DNA from: Camelus ferus
Lineage: Eukaryota
Assembly: GCF_009834535.1 (NCBI RefSeq)
Contig: NC_045697.1
Coordinates: 26,724,001 to 26,788,000, forward strand
Length of the DNA stretch: 64,000 nucleotides
Direction of reading: 5' to 3'
Both the position numbers and the translations under genes were made by a program. Shown here piece by piece: positions 13,178 through 27,281 of the stretch (position 1 is its first letter; the number at the start of each line of letters is the position of its first letter). A model generated the notes under the pieces. It ran no database searches and was not told where the DNA came from. It was given only the letters and a program-made list of their open reading frames with translations.

Positions 13178-14400
13178 ATTATATTTGGTATATTATTATA
13201 CCAAACACAAACAAACAACCCAATCAAAAAACAGGCAGAAGCCCTAAATAGACATTTCTCCAAAGAAGACATCCAGATGGCCAACAGGCACATGAAAAGA
13301 TGCTCAGTATTGCTAATACAGAAGTGCAAATCAAAACTACAATGAGGTATCACCTCACACCAGTCAAAATGGCTGTCATTTAAAAAGTCTACAAATAATA
13401 AATGCTGAAGAGAATGTGAAGAAAAAGGAACCCTCCTACACTGTTGGTGGGAATGTAAATTGGTACAGCCACTATGGAGGACAGTATAGAGGTTCCTTAA
13501 AAAACTAAAAATAGAATTACCCTATGATCTGGCAATCCCAATCCTGGGTATAAGATTTGTAGATATTAACAGGCATATGTAGAATAGATAAACAAGATTA
13601 TACTGTATAGCACAGGGAAATACATACAAGATCTTGTGGTAGCTCACAGTGAAAAAAAATGTGACAATTAATATATGTATGTTCGTGTATAACTGAAAAG
13701 TTGTGCTCTACACTGGAATTTGACACAACATTATAAAATGACTATAACTCAATAAAAAAAATTTTAGAAAGAAAAATATATATATATATCTGGAGAAAAC
13801 TATAATTTGAAAAGCAAATGCACCCTGGGGTTCTTAGCAGAAATATTTATAATAGCCAAGACACGGAAACAACCTAAATGCCCACTGACATAAATGGATA
13901 AAGAAGATGTGGTATATGTACACAATGGAATATTACTCAGCCATAAAAAGAATGAAATAAAATGCCATTTGCAGCAACATGGATGGATCTAGAGATTATC
14001 ATATTTAGTGAAATAAGTCAAATAGAGAAAGACAAATATCATATGATTTCACTTATATGTGGAATTTAAAAATAAGATACAAATTTTATTTACAAATCAA
14101 ACATAGATTCACAGACACAGAAAACTATGGTTACCAAAGGGGAAGGGGCAGAGGAGGGATAAATTAGGAGTTTGGGATTAACAGATACACACTACTATAT
14201 ATAAAATAGATATACAACAAGGACCTACTGTATAGCACAGGAAACTATATTCAATTTTGTGTAATAACATGGAAAACACAATGGAAAACAATCTGAAAAA
14301 AAAATATATGTATGTATATGTATAACTGAATCACTTTGTTGTATGCCTGAAACTAACATTGTAAATCAACTACACTTCAATAAAACATAAAACTAAAAAA
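13178..14400 (+). mobile_element. 5'-truncated L1 with perfect 16-bp TSD
   Basis: TSD aagaaatcagattatt at 13162-13177 and 14401-14416. Contains ORF2 C-terminus ([30 protein letters not shown]), 3' UTR and an A tail. Confidence 0.95.
13552..13776 (+). mobile_element. Younger L1 3' UTR fragment nested inside the L1 above
   Basis: Near-identical to 33750-33925 (gtagaatagataaacaagattatactgtatagcacagggaaatacatacaagatctt...actataactcaataaaaaa). Interrupts host ctgggtata|tatctggagaaaac. Confidence 0.9.
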
Positions 14401-14689
14401 AAGAAATCAGATTATTCTAGGTATTGCTCAACCAAAATCAAAATATTGCAATTAATTGGAGGCTAAGGCTTTTACAAGAGCATAGTTGTCATTCCTAAAA
14501 AGAATTTTAAATGTTTATTTATTGTTGAATGAATAAATGTCCCAAAGTTCAATATACATGATACATTTATACTAATAGAGTAGGCCCCAAAACATTTATC
14601 CATTGCTTCTCCTGTCAAGGAATGGAACTGAAGAATCCTCCTGGAAGTATAAGGCTAGTAAAATATGGTGCCCCTTTTACCACTTGGGG

Positions 14690-15131
14690 TCATAGCAAGA
14701 CTCCAATGGAATACTTCAAATAACGGACTGAGGGGTTGGATAGATGGGCTGCTCACAACGCTGTGAGCAAGCTAAAGGAACATGACAAAGGATGATGACA
14801 CTTCTCAAAACTACAGCACATTGCATGCCCTTCTCTAAGGACTGAAGGGCAAAGGGAAGAGGGAAAAGTGGTTACCAGAATGTGGCAAAAGCTATGGCTG
14901 TAGGAGAAAGGAACAAAGCATCAGCCAGACCGTGACCAGGCAGAGAAGGAGCCTATGGAACAAATACCCTAACCTCCCTTTAACTGCTCACCTACAGGTC
15001 TCCCAGTGCCACCCCCATGCTCCCCAAGGAGAACATGGTTGATGCAGTCCAGAGAAGTCAGTCTTCCAGGACAAAGGGCAGGGTGGAAAATGGTGGAAGT
15101 TATATCTGGAGTAACAGAGAATATCCAACAC
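14690..15131 (-). mobile_element. ERVL-class LTR (LTR33-like)
   Basis: Ends gatgcagtcc...gtcagtcttccagg...agggcagggtgga...gagaatatccaacaca, typical of antisense LTR33-type elements. Confidence 0.55.
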
Positions 15132-16421
15132 AGCACCAAATACATGTGAATACAAACCACAAAGGGGAACATCAGCTAAATAACATTATAGTCGCCTGTC
15201 CTCAGTATTCAGTCATTATGGGAAAATATCAGGTTTCTAGACTCCAATGGGGAGAGTGATCTTATTATCTCAAAGATATGGGCTTTAAAAGATATGATTA
15301 AAATGTGAGTATGACTGAGATTCATATGTAAGATACCTTCTTATATACATGAGCATTTATAAAATTCGTAAGACAGTCATGGAGGTAGACTCATTATTTA
15401 AATGCAAATGAAACTATATAATCATAATTTAAGAAACACTTTCTATTACACATATAAATATGTGTCAAGACAAATGGTTTCTGATGAACAGTTAACTTCA
15501 GTACCCTGAGAGACAATAGGGGTAGTAATGAAAGACACCCACAAACACATGGAATTTTCTTCCAAATTTGAGGTCACCTTGACCAAGCTCCATTTTCTTC
15601 TCAAAGAATGCCAAGTCCACTTAGAAATACCACTACTGAGACATGGATGCCTTTGTCATTTCATCATTCCAGAAACATTTAGCCAAAAGCTAGACTACTG
15701 ACAACATGTTACCAATATTTTGTCAACATTTAAATTTTTCTTCTTCAGGTGATTTACCTTTTAGAAAACGTCAACAGAAGAAGAAAATAAAATTTTCCCT
15801 AACAGACTGAGTAATGAGAGATCTAATTTTTCTTTTAGGTGAAGTCTACATAAACCTAATTCCCAGGGAAGCATAGACCATCCCTACCCTTTACTCCAGC
15901 AGCTATATCCTAGCTCATCAATCACAAAAGCATCAACTGAAGTAGCAGCTGAATGGTCTGCTATACGTCTTTCTGTGTTCTTTCAACTGTTTCAGCCTGT
16001 GTGCCAATTGCTTTCTTCGTGGTCCTGCATAAAACAGCAAAGCCAAGTGTATTCATTTTGGAATAATGCTTGAGTTGTGCTTCTGGCAGCTCCTAATTCA
16101 GTGATCATAAAATTTTTTCAGGCATTATATATGTTTTCAGTCTCTAAAAGGACATTCAGTTTTGTATAAAGTGATTCACAATCAAATTTGAGTTGAGAAT
16201 TTCAAAACCCAGCTTGAGATAAAACAACAACAATAAATGCCTATTGTCTTCAAGACAAAGGCAAGAATCACTGTGGTTCATTCAGTAAACTTTTACTGTT
16301 TTTGTAATGTGCCAGGCAGAGTTCTGGTCCTCAAGTATAGAGGAGAGATGGATAGATGTGATACAGACCCAGTGTACCACTTGACAAACTGGTATACATA
16401 ATTAGAATTCAGTGTTAAGCT

Positions 16422-16937
16422 CTGTGTGTAGTCCTACCTAATTTCAATACTCTTTTTCTTTTATACTAATAGGCTCTCAATTTTAATTGCAGTAGCAACG
16501 TGATCAACTAAAAATGTTTAATTTCCTGGACTCTCTTGCCCTGAGGTACATGCAATATTTTTCTGCCAATGAGATAAAGGCAGAAGTCCATGGAGAGATT
16601 ATTGCTTCCTGAATAAGCAGTCAAAATCTCTTTAGAATATACAACTTAGCTCCTTACCATTTTGTTCATTCCCTTTCTTCTCAAGAATGTAGAAGAGATA
16701 CCAGGAAGTGCAGCAGCCATTGTACAACTGTGAGGCAACAAGCCTGGCGACAAAATCCTAGATCCGAGGATGGCAGAGTAGAAATATGAAAAAAGATAGG
16801 CTTCCTGATGATCTCCTGATGACCCTGTATAACCCCCTTGGAGAATGTTAATTACATAAGACAAACTGCTACCTGTTTCCCAAGTCATTGCTAAGACAGA
16901 TTGTGACAGAAGAATGCATGACATCCTCTAAAATACA
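16422..16937 (+). mobile_element. Old MaLR/ERVL LTR
   Basis: tttcctggactctcttgc...ctgccaatgagataaaggcagaagtc...ggaagtgcagcagccatt...gatggcagagtag...taaaataca. Confidence 0.55.
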
Positions 16938-17688
16938 AGGGAGGGGGCAAAGGGAAATTTTCACAAGACACACTGGCATTTGAAGTGTGAGCATCAGCTA
17001 GGAGGAAGGAAAGAGGAAGCAGTAGAGTCTAGGGGTGAAGGGGAACTGGAATCAGAATGCTTGAGTTTATAACAATGTAGTTTCTGCAGTGTACCTCCAC
17101 TTGTGAATAGTGACTCTCTCTATACCTCAGTTTCCTCTTCTGTAGGAGAAGGGTAACTTTTGTATCTACTTTATAGCCTAATTGTAAGTATAAAACAATT
17201 ATCACTTGTGACACTATCAAAACAGTACTGTGCACATCATATGGCAGGTGCACGTGGGTGCACAGGGGACTGGGCAGCTGTCCTAATAGCTATACTCCCA
17301 AAGGAAGTTGCACATTGTGCTTACTGGCTGACTGTTATCAAATATTTCTAGATGGATCTGTTTTATCAGTTAATTCACTCAGGATTCGGAAGAGTTGATT
17401 AAAAAAAATGTCCTTTCCTCAGGATTTGACTGAGCAATATGCAGTTTGAAGATTTTGCAGCGATCAGATATATGCTGCAGATGGATGGTTGAATAAGAAC
17501 TTGGTTTTCATTTTGATGACTGTTTATCATCCACGTGTACCTCTCCTCTCTTTCACCTCCATTCTGTTATCAGACAGTTTCCTGTTAGGTTGATCACACC
17601 CTATTCAGTTATTTCCTCTACTTGACCAAAGGTGTTTCTAATTTAGCTTCTTAATTCCTACTGAGACCACTAATGAGCTCCATGACTT

Positions 17689-18228
17689 TGTTTTAAAATA
17701 TACCCAGGATTTTGTTTTTATTCAGTATGGAGAGGCCAACAGATCAGGAAAAAAATTGCCATTGAAAAAAGTGTGTTATTCACAATTCCTAGAGGAGGGG
17801 GTCATACCAGGTCATGCAGGGCCACACGGAGAAGCATTGGGGTCAGTCAGGAGGCAGAAGGAGTGAAGGGGAAAGCATGGGTGAAAGGCTTTATTGTGAT
17901 TTTTGTGGGTAGGAATGGGTGAGGCCATGTAAACAGTTCAGGAGTCGCTAGTTTGAATAATTTCTGTGGACTCTGGGCTATATGGGTGGTCCCTGGTTGT
18001 CTGGTACCTGGTCCTGGGATGATTAGGGCACAGGAATATTGCCTGAGAGTGTAGAAGCCAGATAGAGGAGGTGGATCTTCAGAATATGGGCTCTGGGTTG
18101 GTTGGTTTGCATAGTTTATTTTGTCTAGGAATTAGCTAGCCCTGGGAGGGGCAGTCTCTCCCTAGTCACTGATGACTTCAAGATATCAAAGTAACATAGA
18201 TAGAAAAAATAAAAACATGATTAATACA
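17689..18228 (-). mobile_element. ERVL solo LTR (MER74/MER54-group-like)
   Basis: TG...CA ends, ctaggaattagctagccctgggaggggcagtctc motif, and 5-bp TSD gactt/gcctt (4/5 match). Confidence 0.75.
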
Positions 18229-19959
18229 GCCTTGGGCTCCAGTTTTGTGTTTGTTGATTTACAGTATTGCAGTTGCGTGTTTTTTTAATTTTTCTTCTGT
18301 GCCATGTAAATGTCCAATTCTAACACTTACAAATAAATAAGTTATATACTATCAAAAACATTTTTTTTTCAAAACGAAACTATTCAAGTGTTCAGATTGC
18401 TTTGGCTAGACTGTTTTGGGGTGTTTAATTTCCAGGTAATTGCTGTGATTTTCCACTATGAAGAGACAGGCTTAGTCACTGAAGTCTTTGAATAAAGAGA
18501 TACTTTCCAGTTTGTATTTAATCAAGATTAATTGTAGCTCCTACACAGTTACTACAATTAGTATAATATATATATGTATATATTATTCTATATCATACAC
18601 ACACCTAAATACTGATCATCTCACCATCTTTCTCCAAATAACATCTAAAATATTTTAGAAAATACATTATATTTTAGCTGTATGGGGGTTGGGGGGACAG
18701 TATAGCAAATCCTAAGATAAAATACAAATATTTTTCTAATAAATATAAATAACTAAAATGCCCTTTAATCTTCACTTTCCGTGGACTTGCAAACACCCTG
18801 TGAATAGGAAACATGTGTGCTCTATGTGCATCCCTAGTATGTAACTCAAGGCTGGCACATAGTAGAAACTCAACAGTAAATATTTGTTGAAAGAATGGTG
18901 ATGAAATCAATTAAGTAATGAATAATAAGTTAATGTAATGTAAAGTAATATAAATATGAACGTATTTTCAGTCTGTGAGGAAAACATTTCTCTAGAATTC
19001 TGCTAAAATGGCTTCAAGTGGCTAAAGTTCACTTCTCTGTTTCTTGTGGGCAAAGAAAGATATGTCAAGAACAGTCACGTCAACCAGTGTAGTTCTATAC
19101 AAATCACTGCTCTTCAATTTTCCCTACCATAACTCCCAACACTCCCAAATCACAATCCAGCCCAAACTCCCAAATCATGAACTCATATAACTTGACCTTA
19201 TATTTATATGACTAGGTAGAGTTTACATGGCTCTGTTAATATATGATCTCATTTAAACTTCACAACCACCTTGGGAGGTAATTAAGACAGGCACATGCCC
19301 AGGCATTTAAACACTCATGAGCTCCAGAGATTTTGAACATCAAAAAAAATATCATCTTAGAATGAGTGGAAATCAGACACTTCATTAAGCTACTGCACTC
19401 AGAAATCTCAGCAGTGGAAGAGACCACTCAAATTATCCTGTCCACCTACAGCTTGAATAAAAAAGAAAACATTTGCTCTAAAGGTTAAATAATACACCCA
19501 AATAGCCAGTGTGCACCAGGGCAGTGACTGAAATTCGAATTGCCTTCTTTTTCTCAACCTGTCTAGTTGAAAGTGGTCTGTCAGAACTGTTGATATAGTA
19601 ATAAAGTTTCTGACTTTGTCTTGTTTGAAGTCCTCTATGAAAGTATTTGGCCATTTTGTGTCCTCAGTCTGTCTTTCTCACCTTAGGAGATTCCCTACAG
19701 CTCCATGCCTCAGCTTTCTTCCACCTTCCATAACTTGAAAAGCAGTCTAATAAACTAATAAACTCATTCACTGGCTCTCCAGCAATAAAAGCCCTGTTTT
19801 AAAGACTTTGCCAATTTCTGTGATGTAAATCCTCCCACCATTGCCAATTTCAAGGATGACCATCTTTAACAATGGATTACAAAATTTCTGGAAAAAACTT
19901 AATAACCAATGATGAAGACTATTTATTACCATTCTGAAAGATATTTGTATGTACTAAAG

Positions 19960-20352
19960 GCAGTGCTACTCCCCACAGTATCTTCCTACTGGGAGCATCA
20001 CTTCACCTGGAAGATAGTTAGAAATGTAAATCCCACTCCAAACTGGAATGGTAGGGCTCAGGGATTTCTATTTTGACAAGCATTTAGGTTAATCTTGTGC
20101 ATACTTAGGTTTGAGAAGCATGGTATTAGTTTGCAAGGGTTGCCGTAAAAAAGTACCATAGACAGGTGGCTTAAACATGGTCTATTCTCAGTATGTGTCT
20201 GTATCCTAATCACCTCTGCTTATAAGGACAAAAGTATTAGATTTGGGCTCACATCAATGAGTTCATTTAATTTTAATTACCTCTCAGAATCTGAGGTAAT
20301 GGGGGTAAGGACTTCAACATATAGATCTGGCGTATACAATTCAGCCCAGAAG
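19960..20352. mobile_element. MER5A-like element (~19960-20120) followed by an internally deleted MLT1A-like LTR (-)
   Basis: cagtgctact...cacctggaagatagttagaaatg...tttgagaagca, then gtattagtttgcaagggttgccgtaa...acaattcagccc. Confidence 0.65.
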
Positions 20353-21749
20353 AGTGTCCAGAGAATGGCAGTAATTATGAAAAGCACTCAGTAGCTATAT
20401 GAAAAAATTCACACCATGTGATTTTAGTTTTTATTAACTACTCTGTTTGCTCCTCTTATGGAATCAGAGTTAGATACACTACTTAGAGATACTTGCACTG
20501 AGCAGATCTCATTGATACTAGACATCATCATTTTGGTGCCCAAATTTAGCTCCGTCACAAAATGTGAGCTAAAAAGGGACTCTTTCTGGTTGGTGTACTT
20601 CCTCTTACAGTATCAGGCATTAAGAGCTGTTTTGCAAGACCCATAGACACCCAGACACACAAATACATAAAATAAAAGTGGCAAAATAATACATTCTCCG
20701 TTTTTGGTATAATTAAGTCTGCTATTTAGGGTCATTCATTTATCAAACTCTGATTTTGGAATATTTAATTATTCTACTTCATCAGATTTGTTGAAATGAG
20801 TCCAGTAGGGGCATTTGGGGCACTTCATCCTAAAAGAAACTATGCTTTAAATTTATATATAGTGTTGCATTAGCAGTCTCACATTCTGAAACTGTTCATA
20901 ATAAAGTTATATTCTAGGAGTTTTCCAAAATATTCTTCAAGACTTCTGTTGTGAACATATATTGAATTCTTGCACATACAGAATCATTCCAAGTCTTAGT
21001 GCCATTCATATCATGAATTTTTTCATATTTTGTATGTGAAGGAAGGCAAGTGAAAAAATGATTTTTTTAATTAAAGTAAAAGTAGAAAATATCACTCCAT
21101 GATCCCAAAATTTGTCAGGTGGCTTCAAAGAGGAAAAAAACACATCACTATTAGCAAAATCCCCAGGCACAAACTCTGACATATCGCCTTTGATTACATC
21201 TAATGCATCACATGTTTTTTGTAACTAGATCTGACAGATAGTTCCCATGGCATATTAACCCAAACCTATTCAAATACTGCAGTGCAACTCGCCTTTCTGA
21301 ATTTAGGGCACCAATTTTTTCAAGCAAGAAGGATAAAACGTTTTCTTATTCTTCCTAGGGATTCCTGAAAAAAAAAACCCATAGCATCCCAGAGGTAGAA
21401 GGGATGTTGGTGTTCGTGTAGTTCAATTTCCCACTTAATTGGGAATTCCCTCTACACTAGTGCTACCAAGCTGTCCCCAGTCTTTGCTCGCACACTTTTA
21501 ACGACAACACAATTGCTGCCTTTGTAGGCAACACCCATCGGCACTATCCTCACTACAAGGCAGCATTAATTTGCTGACTCACACACAAATTACAAATCAG
21601 ATACTTGAACCCCACTTTAAGAACCTTTTACATCTCTCTTCTGAATTAAAAAAAAATCCTTAAATATTCCCCAAATAACTTTTGAGTGCCTCCTTACCCT
21701 CAATACAGAGACATGTTTATGATACAGTGATTAAAAAATGAAAAAATAC

Positions 21750-23024
21750 ACAAATTCTTTCCTTGAAACTATGTTTTCTCAGCTATTACCTTAGTTTTCT
21801 TCTTCCATAAAAATCAGTGTCTGGAAAAGAGTATCATATGCTTGGTTTTACTTCCTCACTTTGCCTTAACTTTGGAAGCAATTGGGCTGCCACCTCTACA
21901 ACATCACTGAAAGCATTATTCAGTATTATCCCTCTACATTTCTAAAACATCTCAATACTCTTGATTCTGTGTTTCTTTTTACAATGTTCTTCTCTTGTTT
22001 TCTCTGACAACAGTTTTTATTTATTCTCACCCATGTCTCTGGTCAATCCATTGCAGTATCCTTCTTGGACTTGTCTTGCTTGTTCACTCCTTTATACTTA
22101 CCCAAGTTTATCTCTTATATTTCTCCTTATTTTTAAGCCAAAAAAGGAAAAAAAAATGGCCTTCAGGATGTCTGTGAACCCCCAAAACTTCTATCCAAAA
22201 TTTTGTATCTGTATGTGTGTGCATATTCTTAGCATTAAAAGTATTTACTGAGTACTCAAAGACTTCTTGGAATGAATTTCTACATTGCTTCTTGCATGAG
22301 TGTCTCCACTTGTAGGACATCAGCTACCTCCGATACCCATCACTAGGCAGCTCCACTGATATCTCTCAAGTGCCTCAAACACAACAATTCAGAAGCAAAT
22401 CTCTATCTTACCATCACCACTAAATTTGTCTCTCATACATTATTGACTGTCTTTTTGAATTCCAGCACTCCATCTAGTTGTCCAAAATATAAACCAAGGA
22501 CTAATCCATAGCCCCTCCTCCCTACTCTCAAAATCTAATCAGTGATGAAGCCCCTCAGTTAGACCCCTTTAACGTCTTCAGAATTCATCCCCTCTCCATC
22601 CTTACAAGCTGCCTTACTTCAGGGTGCCATCATTTCTCAAGCCAATTAGTCTAACACATCCCTGATTGGTCTCCCTGTCCCAAAATTTACTTCTCTTCAA
22701 TCCGTTCTCTACATTTCTGCTAAGTGTAATTTTATGCCAAATTCCATATCAGATCCAGGCACTTGGCTATTTAAATTCTTTATGTAGTTTCCAACTGTCT
22801 TCAGTGTAAAATCCATATGTCTTAAATAGTACGCAGTGCTTTTCATTACTTCTGCCTGAATATTCAGCTAATCTCTTGCCACTCTCATCTTCCTATCTCT
22901 TGCATTTCTCCTTCTAGTGCCTCCTTACTCCAAGCATTCTCTGCTACCCTCTCCATCCCCAGTCATATGGTTAACTCCTACACATTCTTCAAAACTCAGC
23001 TGGGGTATCACATCATCCACTCCT
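21750..23024 (+). mobile_element. L2 LINE fragment (long, degenerate)
   Basis: Pyrimidine-rich L2 motifs: atctctcaagtgcctcaaac, ctgattggtctccctg, aactcctacacattcttcaaaactcagct. Confidence 0.7.
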
Positions 23025-24080
23025 TCATTCATTCAGCTAATGTTTATTAGGAGCCATCTCTTTGCTAGATATCATGAAGACATCGTATAAATAAGATAAA
23101 TGTAATCCTTGTCCTCCCAGAATTTATCTTCTATCTGGAAAAGCATTCATACCAATCAGTGCATAATTAGTTGTTTTAAACAGCAATTAAAACAACAACA
23201 AGTGATTTTAGAAGGAAATATAAGGTATACTGAGAATATGAATATGGTCCTGATCTAGACTGGGATATCAGGGGAACTTTTCCATGGAAATCACATTTAA
23301 GCCGAGACTGGAAAGATCTGTAGTTGTTCTTGGGTGAAGTAGGGGAAGGATTCCAGGTGAAGGGAACAGCCTATGTACTGTGCAGAGGTCTTGAAACAAA
23401 AATGTTCATGTCTTATTGGAGGAACTGCAGTATGAGTGCCGCTCAAGGTGTAAGATACAGAGCAACACAAGTTGAGTGTAGAATCATAAGAAGGGCCAGG
23501 TTATGTGAGATTTTGGAATCTTGTTAATGATTTAAGTCTAATTACAAGAATAATAAGTAGTCCCAAAAGGGTTTTAAGTAGGTAAGTGATATGATTAGAT
23601 ATGCCTTTTTATCACTCTGACTTCTGTTCACAGAATGGATGGACTAAATGAATAGAGTAGATACAAAGATGGCTTTCAAGAAATTAGTGTAAGAGTTCAG
23701 GCAGGGTGATACTGGTAGCTTATACCAAATTAATGTTGCAGTTAGAAAACAGAAAAATATAAAAGTTGTTTGGAAGGTAAAATTAACAGAACTTGATAAA
23801 GGACTTATATGGCAGTTAAAGGAAAAGGATATTAAGGGTAACACCTATGTTTCTAGTTTGTACAACCAGGGGGATGATTATGCCATTCACTGATACAGGC
23901 AACACTGACAGAGGGGCAAGTTTCACAGGATAGTTATTAGTTTAGTTTCCAATTCATTAAACTTGGAGGTGATGTTAAGTAAGCAAACCTGAAGGGCACA
24001 AGTAGTCATGTCAAAGTTAAAAACATTAATTTAAGAGTCAGTATATGAGTTGTAATTAAAATCCAGAATTGTCATCAGCC
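23025..24080 (-). mobile_element. L2 LINE 3' portion
   Basis: ttcattcattcag...tttattagga start, then ttccaggtgaagggaacagc and tgccattcactgatacagg. Confidence 0.8.
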
Positions 24081-24099
24081 CAGAATATAAAACAATAAT

Positions 24100-24336
24100 A
24101 ATAAAACTAATAATAATAGCCAATGTTTTTCAAGATTTTACTACATACTTATCACTTCCTTAATGACTTATCAGATATTAATTCATTAAATCCTCACAAA
24201 AGCCTGTTGATAGGTGTGAGTATTATCCCATTTTATAGATAAAAAATGTGAGAGGCTCAACAAGATTGAATGAATTGTTTCAAGTCACACAGTGAGTCAA
24301 GTGGCAGAGTATGGATTCAGAAACAGTCAATGTCAG
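24100..24336 (-). mobile_element. MIR split by the following L1 (resumes ~27282-27325)
   Basis: taaatcctcac...tattatcccattttatagat...aagtcacacag...gtggcagag, continuing after the L1 as caggcagtgtcagtctaaagcccaaactc. Confidence 0.8.
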
Positions 24337-27281
24337 CTATTTAGGTCAGCAAGATGGCAGAATAGGAAGTCTCATCACTCCTTCCTCAACAGAAACACTG
24401 ACTTAACAATGATATATGGACCAAAATACCTTTAAGAGAAATCCAGAATCCAGTTATGAAGTTGTAGTACCCTAGACAAGATAAAAATTTAGAGCATACA
24501 CTTTGAAGTAGGTAACAGACCCATTTAAGATGAAAACAAAGAAGTATACACCAAGATACATTATGATCACATTGTCAAAAGTCAAAGATAATTTAAAAGC
24601 AGCAAGAGAAAAGCAACGCATCACATGCAGTGGAGGCACTATAAGACAATAAGCAAATTTCTCAGCAGAAATCTTGCAGGCCAGAAGGAAATGGGATGAT
24701 ATATTCAAAGAAATATATGTTCTGAAAGAAAAAATTTCCAGCCAAGAATACTAGACATGGTAAAACTCTCCTGCAAAAATTAGGCCAGCATGACTTTGAT
24801 AATTCCAAACAAAGACACTACAAGAAAGGAAAACTTCAGGCCAATATCCCTGATGAACACAGATGTACAAAACTTCAACAAAATACTAGCAAATTGAATT
24901 TAATAGCACATGAAATGGATCATACACCATGGTCAAGTGGAATTTATCCCTGAGATGCAGGGATCTTTCACCATACACAAGTCAATAAATGTGATTCACC
25001 ACATTACAGAATAAAAAATTAAAATCACATAATCATCTAAATAATCGATGCAGAAAAAAACTTGGCCAAATTCAACACCCTTTCATGATTTAAAAAGTCT
25101 TAATAAACTAGATATAGAAGGAATTTATCTCAACATAATAAAGGCTGTGTATGAAAAGCTGACAGCGAACATCATACTCAACCATGAAAAACTGAAAGCT
25201 TTTCTTATGATCAGGAACAATGCAATAATGCTCACTTACCACTTCAATTAAACATAGTACTAGAAGTCCTAACTAGAGATATTTGGCAAAAAAAGAAATA
25301 CAAGATATACATACTGGAAAAGAAGAAGTAAAATCATCTCTGTTTCCAGATGACATATAGAAAACCCTAAAGACTTCACACAAAAAAACCAACGTTGGAA
25401 CTAATTTAAAAGAAAAACTCAGTAAAGTTGAGAGTACAAAATCAATGTCCAAAAATCAGTTGTATTTCTGTACACTAACAAGGGACTGTCTGAAAAGGAA
25501 ATTAAGAAAACAATAACATGTACAATAGCACCAAAGAGAATTAAATACTTTGGAATAAACTGAAGAGCCATGTACACTAAAAACTATAAAACACTGATGA
25601 AAGAAATTTAAAAAGACATAAATAAATGGAAAGACATCCCCTGTTCATGTATTGGAAGGCTTAATACCATTTAAAAGCATACTAGCCAAAGCAATCTACA
25701 GATTCAATACAACTATCAAAATCCCAATGGTATTTTTCACAGAAATAGAAAAAGCAATCCTAAAATTTGTATGGAGACAAAAAAAGACCCTGAATAGCCA
25801 AAGCAGTCTTAAGAAAGAACAGACCTGGAGGCATCACATTTCATGATTCAAAATATATTACAAAGCTACAGTAATTTTAAAAGTATGAGACTGGCATAAA
25901 AACAGATGTATAAACCAAAGGAAAACAATAGAATCTAGAAATAAATTCAAGCACATATCGTCAACTTACATTCAGCAAGGATGTCAAGAATATATAATGT
26001 AGAAAGAAGAATCTCTCCAGCAAAATCATGTTGAAAAAATTGGATACCTCTAGACTAAAGAATGAAATTGGACCCTTATCTGACACCATACACAAAAATA
26101 AACTCTAAGTGGGTTACAGATTCAAACACAAGACCTGAAACTGTAAAATTCCTAGAAGAAAATATAAGGGAAAAGCTTTGTGACATTAGTCTTAGCAAGG
26201 ATTTCTCGGATATGATACCAAAAGCATAAGCAAAAAAAGCAAAAATATATAAGTGGGATTATATCAAACAAAACAGCTTCTGCATAGCAAAAGGAAACAA
26301 TCAACAGAGTGAAAAGGCAATCAGCAGAATGGGAGAAATAGTTAAAAACCATGTATCTGATACAGAGTTAATATTTAAAATATTTAAAGAACTTTTACAA
26401 CTTAATGGCAAAAACAAAACAAAACAAATAACTTGATTCAAAAATGGGCAAAGGACTTAAATGGACATTTCTCCAAGGAAGACATAAAATGGCCAACAGG
26501 TATATGAAAAAATACTCAATATCACTAATTATCAGGAAAATGCAGATCAAAACCACAATGAGATACTGCCTTACACTTAACCAGATGGCTAATATCAAAA
26601 TATATATATAAGTGTTGGCAAGGATATGGAGAAATTGGAATCCTCATACAATGTTGGTGAGAATATAAAATGGTGCAACTACTTTGAAAAACAGTATGAG
26701 AGTTCCTCAAAAAGTTAAAAATAGAACTACTATATGATCCAGCAATCCTACTTGCAGGTAGATATCCAAAAGTATTGAAATCAGGATCCCAAAAATGTAT
26801 CTACCCTTTCATGTTCACTACAGCATTACTTAACTATAGTCAATATATGGCAATAACTTAAATATTTATTGGTGGATGAATGGATAATGAAAATGTGGTA
26901 GATACATACAGTGGAATACTATTCAGCCTTTAAAAAGAGGGATCATGCCATTTGTGACAACCTGATGAACCTGGAGGACACTATGCTAAGTGACATAAGC
27001 GAGTCACAGAAGGACAAAGACTGCATGATTCCATTTATATGAGGAATCTAAACACAAACTCAGAAACAGAGAATAGAATAGTGTTGCCAGCAGCTAGGGA
27101 AGGGGAAATGGGCAGTTGCTGTTCAGAGTTTCAATCATGCAAGATGAGTAAGTTCTTAATATCTGCTGTACAATATTGTGATTATAGTTAACATTGTTGT
27201 ACACTTCAAAAAATTTTAAGGAGGTATCTCATGTTGTATTCTCACCACACAAAAACAAAGAAACAAAAACCCTTCACATAT
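24337..27281 (+). mobile_element. L1 (L1MA-type) retaining a 5'-end-like start and 3' end, with large internal deletions
   Basis: Starts with caagatggc. ORF1 segment ~24515-24780, ORF2 RT-to-end ~24782-27050, then 3' UTR and A-rich tail. Degenerate TSD aaacagtcaatgtcag (24321-24336) / acacaggcagtgtcag (27282-27297), 13/16. Confidence 0.88.

Noticed and set aside
15736..15845. Acceptor-like sites (ttcttcttcag|G, ttcttttag|G)
   Set aside because: No strong downstream donor, and no convincing reading frame.
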